Notes: a model not told the origin generated them from the letters alone. Positions 51,368-63,505 are shown, counted from the whole stretch's first letter. The stretch: 63,644 nt of DNA, filler included, from Octopus bimaculoides (GCF_001194135.2; 6 parts of 5 records of this genome joined end to end with filler, not necessarily neighbours in it), one strand, 5' to 3'. A program made the numbers and translations.

Positions 51368-51590
51368 AATAGTACAAACAAGAGCACTCAGAGAGCGCAA
51401 ACCTCCGTCAAGGCAACACCAACGTCGCCTCAACGATTAGCCGGAGATGATTCTAAAAATGAGAATATCTGAAATAAACTCGACTACTCTCACAAACGAG
51501 AATGAATCCGACCGCTCTCAAAAATTATGTAAAACGAAAAAAAACGGGAAAATAATCCAGAATCCTTCTCCGGTACCTTATCGATCCGAA
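51368..51590 (+). mobile_element. Helentron/DINE-like non-autonomous element 5' part
   Basis: Begins AACAAGAGCACTCAGAGAGCGCAAACCTCCGTCAAGGC, resembling the CCTCCGCCAAGG subterminal motif of such elements (recalled from memory, not searched). Confidence 0.4.
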
Positions 51591-53119
51591 TGGTAGTCAT
51601 GGAATGTGAAGATGCGTGTTTGGGCCATGTTTGTAATGCTGTGCGTGTGTCATCTGCATTGGGAACATGGACAGTTTTCTCTGTGAAGGCTTTTTTAGTC
51701 TATCCACTGAAGATCTATAGGGAAAAACTTATCCGTGCGTGAGAGAAAACAGAAAAGACCTGCATACAGTGCTGTTAACGGACATCGGGTCGAAGTATCC
51801 CCGTAGCCTCATAAACATGAGGCTACATTGATACCTAGACCTACTGTCCGCATTGACAGTAATGTGCCATCCAACAGCAATATTAGCAGATTAACCAGAT
51901 CTCACACCAATACATTTGCCACGCCTAGAGATATTATTCACTTCACTCCAAAACATGACTATTTCTGCCATATTTCACTCNNNNNNNNNNTGTATGTATG
52001 TATGTATGTATGTATGTATGTATGTATGTATATTTATATCCTCATCCTGGTCTAGCGACCGTCCATGTTTATTTTCGTTCGGTTTTCTCGTATGTCTCCA
52101 CTGTCCTGTTTTTGTTGATGATTGTCCTGGTTTTCCATTTGCCTGTCTCGTTGTCTGCGTATTGAACTCATTTGTTTTCGTATTTCGTGTTGATATGCAT
52201 GTATGTATATACATACATGTCCATATACATATATAAAAAGGTGTGTGTGTTTGTGAGTGTGCGTGCGTTCGTGTGTGCACCACTACTGTCACACCTTTAC
52301 AAACGTGATATTACCCTCTGTGTACTAAATTTCACTCGCAGATTAATGGCAAATATCGTCGCTGGTAATGCAATGTTGTGAGCTGAAACCTGGAATTATC
52401 TCATTCCAAGTCTTGTCTTTTCTTTCTTTTTTCCCCAGATATCGGTGATATTTTAAAACCAAAGTCGTTTGTCACGGGTCGGTTAAATTTTGTATTTTAT
52501 ACTCGAATAAATTTGCACAAGACACGTCTTAGCTATTACATTCATCCATTGGCCATGCAACGATAAAATGTAAAGAGTACATTCTGTGGACTTAGAACCA
52601 AAATATAAAGACAAAGAACTAAATGGAATCGAAAGGAATATACAAATATTACAATCTTAGCCCATAGATGCTAACCACAAGCATTGATATTGTTTTATAG
52701 TTTATTAATTGTCGTGTTGTTACGCTACATCACGCAAAATCTTTGTGTTCAACCACTTGCTAGAGTCTGTAGTTCTCTCATGCCACATCACATTAGTTCG
52801 TTGGGAAGATTAATACAACGTTATTATTCACCAAATTCAATACAACTTATCTATACATTGAGATACACATATCTGTGACTGCATGTATGTATGTATATAT
52901 GTGTCTGTCTGTGTATTTGTATGCATATATAAAAGTGTGTGTTTGTGTGTTATTGTTCTTCGATTCAGTGCACACCTGAAAGATGGAGGAAATACTACTC
53001 GCCTATGAAATTCAAAACACTCTCTGATGAATTTTTATCAGAGCACTTGGGGACAGCAGTAATGATTCGAGACAGACTGAATTACTCGGAAGTCCTCCCT
53101 TTCTGACAACATCAAGAGG

Positions 53120-53330
53120 AATTTCGTCATAGTACATTGAATCAATACCTATGTATGGCTCTTCAGCATGGATACTTAGAAACTTGAAATTAAGCTTGGC
53201 AACGTACAACAGAGTTCTTCGTGCTTTACTCAACATTTCTTGGCAACAACACTATACAAAGCAGCGATTGAATCACTACGATAATCAGAGAAAGAAGAAA
53301 ACGTTATCCAAGACACTGTTGGAGAAGCAG
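53120..53330 (+). mobile_element. RTE-clade LINE ORF2 3' fragment
   Basis: MYGSSAWIL...TYNRVLRALLNISWQQH resembles RTE LYGxETWTL...YTRMLRxALNISW. Confidence 0.45.
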
Positions 53331-54613
53331 AGTTGATATATCCAGCGATCTTCTCTCGAATAGACATACAAAGTATCAAGTATCACAAGAACAAAACGAG
53401 AATATAACGCTCATCATATGAAATACACTGGATATCAATCTGAAGATAGGATATGAAAAGTGTTATGGAAGATCACGAAATATAGCGTGGAAGAGTTTCT
53501 TTGGATTAGGTAAGTCTCCCGATCGGATATATAGACAGATAGGCAGACAGACAGACAGGCAGTCAGGCAGACAGACAGACAGGCAGTCAGGCAGACAGGC
53601 AGATTGAGAGATAGATACATGCGTGTGTATAAACAGAGCATTCCAGAATTTTTTACGCTTTTGTCGGAGGACAGGTATATCTGTACCAGATGATTATAAT
53701 TTTTCTATATCAAATCTATAAATCTGAAAAGGTAACCAGTCGACTTCCGTTATTCCAGATTGAAGGAGACGGTTGCAACTTCGATTTGAAGACACCGTAC
53801 TAAACGCTTCATGTCAGAGCTGACTAGTTTGCAGAATGCAGTCGGCACGTGAAGTCAATATGGAAGCTGGCAATAACACTTTTTGGTTAAACTAAACACA
53901 AGCACTAGATTGCTTCTGGATTCAATTATAGGAACCAGAATATCTTTCTGCACAATAGTTCAAGCAAATCAAGTCCCCCGCATGTTCCGTTCTTCGAAGG
54001 TAAGGTCTCGCCGACATCCGCTAGATTTTCCCCAACCAGACAGTAAAATCTATGTGTGTGTGTGTGTGTGCGCGCGTGCGCGCAGTGAACAGGAATTGAC
54101 TTTGAATCCCTTTAACAATTCAAAATAATGACTTTATTCCTCTTAATTCTATCTCAGTTCATCTAATTGTATATATTTATCGTTACTTTTCATAAAATAG
54201 CTTTTATGTTTTTTTTTTAAATCCAATGTGCATTTGCGCTTTTTTTCTTACTTTCCCCATATATCTACCACGTGTAGTTTATTTTTCTCTTTGAAACCTA
54301 TTTCAATTATATATATATATAGTATAGTATAGTATAGTATAGTATAGTATAGTATAGTATAGTATAGTATAGTATAGTATAGACTGTCTCTCACACACCC
54401 TTCAGACTGCCCTGACTAACTATTGCCTTATTCTATCTAAGCAAATAATCAAAAACAGATACATATCACACATACCGACCATCTTTGCACTCTCTTTTAC
54501 CAGAAAGCACTTTCTCTTTGTCCTATATCCGGTCACTTAAAAAATGTAACTACTCATTTACTATTAGCATTTTTTTTTTCTTTTTCCTTTTTCTTTGGAG
54601 TTTCCAGTTTTTC

Positions 54614-54652
54614 CCGTTTCCGAAGTAGAGCTATGCTCGAAACGTAAAACGG
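54614..54652 (+). ncRNA. Hammerhead-like motif with a mutated core (probably inactive)
   Basis: CCGUUU | CCGAAGU | A | GAGC-uau-GCUC | GAAA | CG | UA | AAACGG: perfect 6-bp stem I and 4-bp stem II, core U4C and A9U. Confidence 0.5.
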
Positions 54653-55149
54653 TTACTCTTTTCCTTCTCCGAGCATATTATTACTACTTTGCATGTGTTA
54701 CATCCTCACGTTGTTACTCTTTTCTTGTTGTCTTTTTCTCAGTGTTTTTAATTAATTATATATACGCCCACATGATATAATTTATATATAAACACAAATG
54801 TCAATCAATCATTTCTTCCTCCCTCTGTTTATCTGTAGATCTCTCTTTCTCTATCTATCTATTTCTTTTTCTCTCTATCTGTCTCACTATGTCGCCAATC
54901 CCGTTTATTAATCTGTTTTCTGAATAAAATGAAATTATTTTGTTAGCAACGTTAACATATAAACAAGTTGAGATTTAGAATTGTACGTAATTTATTTTCA
55001 TTTATAAGAAACATTGAAAGTTAAAATAAATTGGAAAACTTTCGTTTCAATTAGAATTTATGTAGAACTGATTTCTGAATATAAGTATTCAAAAATTTTA
55101 TGATTTGTTTTGAACATAACGTGTTGTAAATTAATGCATTAGTAATGAT

Positions 55150-55770
55150 TTCAATTTTTTGCACAAAGCCAGTAACTTCGGAGGAGAGAATAAGTCAATT
55201 ACATTGACCCCTGTGCTCAATTGGTCCTTATTTTATCGAACCCGCAATAATGAAAACCAAAGTTGACCTCAACTCGGTGTGCTCACAATTCTGCCAGCTC
55301 GCCGCTTTTTTAATGGTGTCAAATTTTTGTACAAGGCCAGAAGTTTTGGGTGATGTGCCAGATCGATGAAATTGACCTCTATGTTTACCAAATTATAATT
55401 ATTTTATCGCCTCTGAAAGGCTGAATGGCAAAGTCGTTTTCGGCAGAAACAGAACCAAGAACATAAAGATGGACGAAATGACACTAAGCAATCTTCCCGG
55501 CTTCCTAAGGACTCTGCCGGATCGCCACTTTTTTTTAAATACATTAATAATCCTTTCTACTATAAGCACAATGCCTGAATTTTGGGGGAGGGGTGTTAGT
55601 CGATTACATCGACCCCCAGTGCGTAACAGGTACTTATACTTAATTCATCGACCCCGAAAGGATGAAATGTAAAGTCGACCTCGGTGGAAATTGAACTCAG
55701 AACGTAGCAACGGACGAAATACCGCTAAGCATTTCGTCCAGCACGCTTACCGAGTCTGCCATCTCACCAC
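55150..55770 (-). mobile_element. Three adjacent SINE family C copies
   Basis: Repeated TTTTATCGACCCCGAAAGGATGAA..AAAGTCGACCTCGG..GAA-like blocks at ~55150-55290, 55315-55520 and 55555-55770. Confidence 0.7.
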
Positions 55771-56261
55771 TCTTTTTTATACATTAATACATTAGTACTG
55801 ATAACAAGTATCGAGTTATAAAACAGACACAGCGCCACATACATTGTAATTGTGAACAACACTGCACATTGAAAACAACACTGTAACATTTAAAAACTTT
55901 TTATATTTTTTTTGCGGGATCAATGAAATGAACGTTGAATTTGCGGAATATTTTATCATTGAAGAGTGGAGAGTGCATGGTTTAGGCAAGCGACTAATGA
56001 TAATGTAAAATATCTATATTCCCAAAACTATCAGCTATACGGCCACAAACATTTACTCTACACAATGTTAAAATCATGGCACAAATAATTCCTCCTCAAC
56101 ATTGTTTTATCCATTGATTGTAGTATTATCTGGCGTCTGTCATTCCTATCATTCTCTTTCTACATTCATCCCTCTCCCACCTATTTACTTCTTAAATCCC
56201 TTGCATAAAATCTTGGTGTACATTTATGCATTTATGGAACATCATTGACTTATAAAAATAT

Positions 56262-56580
56262 TATTATTATTATTATTCAGTAGTTTTATTTTTATAACGT
56301 GCTTTCACTTCACTACCGAGCGCAGCTCTGTGCGCCTTGGGTATGTGCTGTGGTTTGCTGTGGTGCTCTTATGTTTACTGTATTGAAAGAGTTTTGCGTA
56401 GAATGTGTGCAGTACCCAGTAGTGCAATTTTCTGTATGTTATATATATTTGTAAGTCCTGGTGTTTTTGTTATGTATGTGTCTGAATATTTATTTATTAT
56501 ACCTAAGGCACCTACTATGATAGGAATTGTTTCTGTTTTTAGATTCCACATTCGAGTTATCTCTATTTCCAGGTCTTTGT
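56262..56580 (-). mobile_element. R4/Dong-type (REL endonuclease) non-LTR retrotransposon 3' end in (TAA)n
   Basis: Reverse complement is closely similar to 60525-60860; ends in a TAA tract and is cut by a gap. Confidence 0.8.
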
Positions 56581-56680
56581 NNNNNNNNNNNNNNNNNNNN
56601 NNNNNNNNNNNNNNNNNNNNNNNNTTAATTAATTAANNNNNNNNNNNNNNNNNNNNNNNNNNNNNNNNNNNNNNNNNNNN

Positions 56681-56720
<40 letters not shown>

Positions 56721-56904
56721 GGCGGTGCTCCAGCATGGCCGCAGTCAAATGACTGAAACAAGTAAAAGAGTAAAAGAATAATAATAATAATAATAATTAA
56801 CTGGAACGACTCATGTACTGAGAAGAGCATTATCGCTGTGAAAACAACATCCATTCATGAATTTGTTTATTTATTTAATATCCACAACTGTTGTGAATAC
56901 TCAC

Positions 56905-57205
56905 CCTTTCCTCTCTCTCTGAGTATTCGAGAAAGTAAACATTTGGACTCTCAACAAGGGAAGAACTAATGTCAGCGAACGAAACACTTAAACAAAAAGT
57001 TTAAGCAAAAGCTCAGAGAATACGCAGATTTGAGAAAAGAATCAAATTCTACAAGCAAAATAAAATGTTCAAATCCAATGCCAAATTATTTTACAGGGAA
57101 ATAGGGAATGAAAAAAAAAATGACCATTGAAAATCCACCCCTAATGGAAGAGGTTGAAAACTTTTGGAAAGGGATCTGGAGTGATGAGAAACCATACAAT
57201 GAACA
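56905..57205 (+). mobile_element. R4/Dong-type pre-RT ORF fragment
   Basis: AKAQRIRRFEKRIKFYKQNKMFKSNAKLFYREI...PPLMEEVENFWKGIWSDE resembles the region just upstream of RT in R4-clade elements. Confidence 0.6.
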
Positions 57206-57249
57206 TATATTGTGACACAGGCCTAGGTAGATACATAACACGCAGAGCG

Positions 57250-59740
57250 TATCATATGATCTACCATGAAGTTATAACTTCTTTTCTTATGTGAGAATAG
57301 AATTGCAAACCTCTGAAAACGAGTGAGTTGTGGGACTTTCTTATACAAATCGAAAGAATAAATGTGAATCTTTGATCATTATTAGGTATAGTATGGCAAA
57401 TTGCCACATCAATAGCCACAGTATGTCTACTCCTCCACGCGGTGGGTGTTGAGCAAGATGGACCGTCTGATCTGCCGAAAATACCCCTTCCGCAAAATGA
57501 GAATAGAGGGATGAGATGCTCTCGTCTGATCAGACCTGAAAAAAGGCAGAACATGGTCAGGTGCTAGTAGATAGTGGAGTAATGTGGTGGGGGATCTCAA
57601 CATCTGCCCGGAGTAGCTTCATCTCGGCCCATTTCTGAATAAGCCTAGCCATCATGCTTGTAATGCTTGTTACCAAGTTCCAGTTCATGTCCACCTGAAA
57701 ATCTGGAACAAACCAAACACGAAAAAATTTAACCGGGCCGTTCGTTCAGCGTTTTCAGATACTTCTGGGTGGCATAGATCTGTATTTGGTTGATACTGGC
57801 TTCTATCACTGTTTCGTTGTTCTTTAGATCGGTACTGGCCATCTCGATATTCTTGGTCTCCGACATCATGTCGATGACGACATCCGCATATGCCGACATA
57901 GATCTTTTGCATCCTTATTTGTGCGGGACGCACCTAGAAGTTTCTAGTTTCTGCCATAGTGGTTCTAGAGTTAATACATACAGAAGGGATAAGACATGAG
58001 GGGACAACCTTAAACGCATGATTTCCAGCGAAATTTACCCTGACCACGTTGCAGATGCGACCGTACTTTGTTGCAATACAACTCTTAAAACGAAACTCAA
58101 ACCAACTGCCTTGAGGACAGTCGCTTAGTAGTGACGGTCGCATCACTTTCATGTATCGTATGATGTGGAGGTTCACTTAGATAGATCTGTTTGTCATGTC
58201 ACATCGCTGCGTATCAACGGACACTCCATTAGCAACAAGCGCTAACTTTTTGCTAACAAGTTGGTCAAAATCTTAAACAATTCACTTAACTGAGTCCTAG
58301 ACTGAAAATTGTAATTCGGATGCTTTCCTAGCAGTACCACCACTCAGATTTCAGAAGTGGAAATTCTCCTGTTTTATTGTCAGTGGTTGTGGTCGTCAGT
58401 CAAAAGATATTGAAAACCTATGGCATAGAGAAATAAAAGATGTGAGATAGAGCACCCTAATCAATCAATTTCTCACACGTGTGGCCAGTTATCACTTCCC
58501 GTATTTCAACAGCATTTATTAGCTTTTCTCAGCACACCGCTTCCATTCTTGTACGTTGCGGCTGGCCATTGACCTAGGTGCTGAAATTTATCCTGTGATC
58601 CGACTCATCACTCGTCTCCAACAGCCGAGTGAATTGTCGCTGAAAAACCGCCCAGAAACGAAGTCTAGGAGTCTAATCGTGGTTTTGTTGAAACTTTACG
58701 TTACTACTCACCTGACTCTTCAAGCTGTATTCCTTCCTACGTATCGTAAAGTACGCGTCTTATCGCTGACAAAGCAGCCTTTTTCTTTCTCTTTGAAAAA
58801 TTGATCGAATGCCAACTTTGCTGCGAGTACGCTGATCGTAATGCCTGTTCTAAGCGGCTATTCTAGGTTTCTAACTAGGGCTCCTTATAATCCAGCTTTC
58901 TCTATTATTTCTTCCTTACTAAACTTTAACGAACCACAATTTGTTAATGACAATTAACTAACTTGCTAACCCGATTTCTGTTAGCTTGGCATGCTCGGAA
59001 AGGACGTGTTTAGCTTACAGCAACCGGACTCCGGTCTACAAATCTTGTCTAGGTCGACCTTACAAAACACAAAATTGTGGTCTCTGTAACCGACTATTTT
59101 GAATTGTAGGTAACCTACATAGTACCTCTAGGATGGCCTACGGAATACTCTATCTAGATTCAATCTGGGTGAGCCGATGCAGGTTGTCCATCGGTACAAT
59201 TGGAAAATTCCTGCGAGTACCTGCCGAACATTTGCAAATGACCAAGTAAGTTTGTTAGGCTTTTGCACTCTGACTCCTACCAGTTAACACCAAGCTGTTC
59301 GAGAGTGTATCCAAGATGACATTCCAATCTTCTAATCGCACTACAGAGCAAAACTTTCTAGGATGATCTCTAAACAGCAGACTAATCTGATCGACCATCC
59401 CTGTTAGGGCGTAGTGGGCTATTGGCGTAGCTTTCGCTACTAGCCACGTCCACCAGCTTGTTTTCAGCCTTCAAGGATATGATTCACATCGTAAGATCCA
59501 GAATTTCTAAATCAACTCGGCGGCCTCGACTCCCGATCTCTGCCATAATTAACCGATAATCATCGAAAGTGGGTATGGAGAATGCTGCTTAGAAAATTCT
59601 GGTTTCGCTGATAACTCCAATATCTATTTCTAGTGATCTGAGTTCGTTAAAGAGTTGCCATGCTTCCGACGCAACCCTTGGTTACGCGCAACCCTTGGTT
59701 ACGCGCAACCACACGACCTCTACTGAGTGTTGACATGCTA
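57250..59740 (-). mobile_element. Decayed L1/Tx1-type LINE ORF2 (APE endonuclease + RT), not captured by the ORF track
   Basis: Manual minus-strand translation gives ELRSLEIDIGVISETR (~59600-59640), EDWNVILD (59311-59332), FKILTNLLAK, NLHIIRY, LSLLYVLTLEPL and SAYADVVI (57879-57896, YADD box). Confidence 0.8.
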
Positions 59741-60159
59741 GACAAAAGGCGGAAATTAAAAAGGACCACTCACTTTATTCCTGTAGAAGGATAGGTGTTC
59801 CGTCTTTGATTACAACGACTTACTGATGGAAACAGGGATAAGTCTTTTGTTAATAGTCCCTGGGATACTTGGTTTTCAAAAGGTTTTATATTTTAGCTTC
59901 TTTTTATGATTTCCTATGTGCGTCGCTATGCTATTTGTAGCGATATCCATTCGTTGATATTTGTGGTTCATTAATTTTCTTGTTGCTTGTGTCAATGACT
60001 GTAGTTAATAAGTTTCCATTTGTTCATGTTGGGGTAGATAATGATGTGGGTGTGAATTAGGCTGTTTGTGTTTGTAATATTGGTAATGGTAGTGATGATG
60101 ACGACGACGATGGTGATGATGATGAAGGCGTTGATAGTGTTGGTGCTACTGTTGAAAAG

Positions 60160-60860
60160 AAGCATAAGTAACTTCAGAATATGTGGAAATGGACAAGAAA
60201 CAATAAACCATATTATCTCTGGTTGCCCAGTGCTGGCTAAGAAGGAATATATCCACAGACACGACAGAGTTGGTACCTACATACACTGGAAGCTATGCCA
60301 ACACCATGGAATAACAAAAAAAGAAAAAGTATAGGCACACGCCTGAAAAGGTCACAGAAAATGAGAAAGCAACAATACTATGGGATTAGCCAATTCACAC
60401 AGATAGAGAAATTAAGGCCAGTAGGACAGATATAGTTGTCAGAGATCACGAAGAAAAAAAACAAAACAGAAACTTTCTAATTGATATATCAATACCAACA
60501 GATGACAACGTTTCCCTAAAAGGAATGGAGAAACTTTCAAAATGCAAAGACCTGGAAATAGTTGTAACTCGAATGTGGAGTCTAAAAATAGAAGCAATTT
60601 CTATCAGTGTGGGCGCCTTAGGTATAATAAAAAAATATTCAGACAAATACATAACAAAAACACCAGGACTAAGAAATATATATAACATACAGAAAATAGC
60701 ATTACTAGACACTGCACACATCCTACGTAAAACACTTTCAATACAGTAACCATAAGAGCGTCACAACTAACCACAGCACATACCCAAGGCACACAGAGCT
60801 GTGCTCGATAGTGCAGTGAAAGCACTTGAAATAAATAAGACTACAGAATAATAATAAAAA
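60160..60860 (+). mobile_element. R4/Dong-type non-LTR retrotransposon C-terminus (CCHC-like knuckle + PD-(D/E)xK REL domain) with TAA tail
   Basis: RICGNGQETINHIISGCPVLAKKEYIHRHD...TDIVV...LIDISIP...EKLSKCKDLEI...VGALG; ends ctacagaataataataa. Confidence 0.85.
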
Positions 60861-61474
60861 TAATACCTGACTATGTGTCCAAAATAAAAAAGAAAATGCA
60901 GCTCCTCGCATGGGACACGAACTGACAACACTACAGAGTAAGAAGTTCGATCAATAACCAGTTGACCACAACAGTCCTCTTTCTATCACGTTGCCAACAA
61001 ATAACTATGTAAAAAGCAAGAAAAAAACAAAACCCAGAACAAAATAAAAACAAAAATGAAAACAAAAATATAAAAAGTCTTCAATCTGACCCAGCCACCA
61101 AAACGCTATGTAATTTGTCAATGTTTTCTGCTCTGCCAATTGCAAACAGCTTGTGTGAAGAATACAAAGCTGGTCGATAAAGTTAGGATATGAAGATTAA
61201 TTGCTTAGATCGTAGGGGAATGTGTGGCGTCTCAATATGCTTGTATAGATATTTATATAGTTATTAACGTTGCATACACACACACACACATATATAAAGA
61301 TATATATATATATATATATATNNNNNNNNNNNNNNNNNNNNNNNNNNNNNNNNNNNNNNNNNNNNTTAATTAATTAANNNNNNNNNNNNNNNNNNNNNNN
61401 NNNNNNNNNNNNNNNNNNNNNATATATATATATATATATATATTTCTAAGTCTCTCTAAAGGAGACTACGGGAG

Positions 61475-61865
61475 ATATTAATAGTTATCGCCAAGCTAAC
61501 ATGGTAGTCCAGTAAAACAGGACGAATGCTGCCGTTAATTAGCTCCAAGAGGCCATCGCCTCTTGATAGCTATGTGACACACGAATCTGTATCCATTATA
61601 ACCTTCGAACAGGGAGACGGTCAGTAGCGACGCCTGTTGGGTTCGGCTGGTCTACATTGATAAGGGGTAAATACCCTGAAACTAGTCTGTAGATGCCAAA
61701 CCAGCAAGCGGAAGCGGGTGACGTCCCCTGTTCGAAGGTTATAATGGACACAGGATCGTGTGTCACGTAGCTAGCTAGAGGCGATGACCTCATGGAACTA
61801 ATGAACGGCAGCATCCTTCCTATTTTTCTGGACTGCCATGTTAGCTTGGTGATAACTATTAATAT
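61475..61865. mobile_element. Foldback element (~145-bp arms, ~88% identical) with a hammerhead motif in its loop
   Basis: 61475-61619 versus the reverse complement of 61722-61865: 17 differences in 145 positions; TATTAA/TTAATA ends. Confidence 0.88.
61651..61693 (+). ncRNA. Minimal type I hammerhead ribozyme, U3-A8 core variant
   Basis: UCUACA | UUGAUAA | GGGGU-aaau-ACCCU | GAAA | CUAG | UC | UGUAGA: perfect 6-bp stem I, 5-bp stem II (one G-U), palindromic helix III, GUC cleavage triplet. Confidence 0.75.
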
Positions 61866-62390
61866 ATACTCTTTCTCTCTTTACTCTTTTACTTGTTTCA
61901 GTCATTTGACTGCGGCCATGCTGGAGCACCGCCTTTATAGTCGACCAAACGACACCAGAACTTTTTCTTTGCAAGCCAAGTACTTATTCTATCAGGTTTC
62001 CTTATTTAATCTAATTTGTGTTGGTGTTCCAATGGCACATTGATAGAATGGAAAGATTACAAATTGTGGTAGCATTTGTTTTGCGCATTTCTCATATTGA
62101 GAAATAAGGAAACCTTCTTCATTGAAAAATATAAGCCAAAACTTAAACCATTTCTAACATTTTTAAATAAGGAAACTCACCTCATTGAAAAAATATAAAG
62201 CAAAACCTAACCACTTGTAACATTCTATTCCTTCTAAACCAAATCATGTTAAATTAATCAAACCTAGTCATCCCCAACATTTTTTATTATCTCCCTTATA
62301 CCGGAAAAAATCCCTGATTACCTTCCTCTATCTGGAACTCCGTATTTTACACCATAACGAAGACATGATATGATATAGCTAAAGAAATTT

Positions 62391-62429
62391 GAGAAATTTG
62401 AAAAGAAAATACGAAACCGGTTATTTCTC
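62391..62429 (+). ncRNA. Minimal hammerhead-like motif, U3-A8, vestigial stem II
   Basis: GAGAAAU | UUGAAAA | G-aaaaua-C | GAAA | CCGG | UU | AUUUCUC: perfect 7-bp stem I and palindromic helix III. Confidence 0.5.
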
Positions 62430-62612
62430 CAAAAAACAATGTTACCATACTCAAAATTTATAACATTTTTCTAACATAACGATTTGAATATATACTTTAA
62501 CCATATAACACAAGCCTTCTGTAGTTTTTTTCACTCATTTTAGACTTTTATACATCCAACCACGTGCTTTCACATACCAACTCTCTCACCTATATATGTA
62601 TATATACATACG

Positions 62613-62674
<62 letters not shown>

Positions 62675-62956
62675 NNNNNNNNNNNNNNNNNNNNNNNNNN
62701 NNNNNNNNNNNNNNNNNNNNNNNNNNNNNNNNNNNNNNNNNNNNNNNNNNNNNNNNNNNNNNNNNNNNNNNNNNNNNNNNNNNNNNNNNNNNNNNNNNNN
62801 NNNNNNNNNNNNNNNNNNNNNNNNNNNNNNNNNNNNNNNNNNNNNNNNNNNNNNNNNNNNNNNNNNNNNNNNNNNNNNNNNNNNNNNNNNNNNNATATTG
62901 ATCAATTAAAACCAGTGGTCTAGCATATTAAAAAATCCGAAGATTAAAATTATATT

Positions 62957-63306
62957 ACATACAAGAATAAGAGGAATGACCAGCAAATGTGGATTCCTGA
63001 ATGCTAGAAATAGATGCTGAATTATCCAACCACGAAAAAGAATGTTCTCTGTAGAAAAAAATCAGCGACACAACAGACTGTAAATGAGTAAGACAAATGA
63101 AAAAATACTAAAATACGATTAATTTACCATGGTACGTAAATTAATCGTATTTTAGTATTTTTTCATTTGTCTTACTCATTTACAGTCTGTTGTGTCGCTG
63201 ATTTTTTTCTACTGAGAACATTCTTTTTCGTGGTTGGATGATTCAGCATCTATTTCTAGCATTCAGGAATCTACATTTGCTGGTCATTCATCTTATTCTT
63301 GTATGT
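62957..63306. repeat. Near-perfect palindrome: 171-bp arms, 8-nt loop
   Basis: 62957-63127 versus the reverse complement of 63136-63306: ungapped, 4 mismatches. Confidence 0.95.
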
Positions 63307-63335
63307 TATATATATATATATATATATACATATAT

Positions 63336-63505
63336 GGGCGCAGGCGTGGCTGTGTGGTAAGAACCTAGCTTTCCAGCGACATGGTTCTGGGTTTAGTCTC
63401 ACAGTAGGGCACCTACGGCAAGTATCTTTAACTATAGTCTTTGGGCCGACGAATGCCTTGTTAGTGGATTTGTAGATGAAAACAGAAAGAAGCTCGTCGT
63501 TTATA
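63336..63505 (+). mobile_element. SINE family A head
   Basis: GGCGCAGGCGTGGCTGTGTGGTAAGAA...; homologous to 40-200. Confidence 0.8.

Noticed and set aside
57250-59740. Initially considered a DIRS/Gypsy or endogenous viral segment because of higher GC and CpG
   Set aside because: Better explained by APE (ISETR, DWNVILD) and non-LTR RT (LSxLLYVLxLEPL, YAD) motifs in the correct order.
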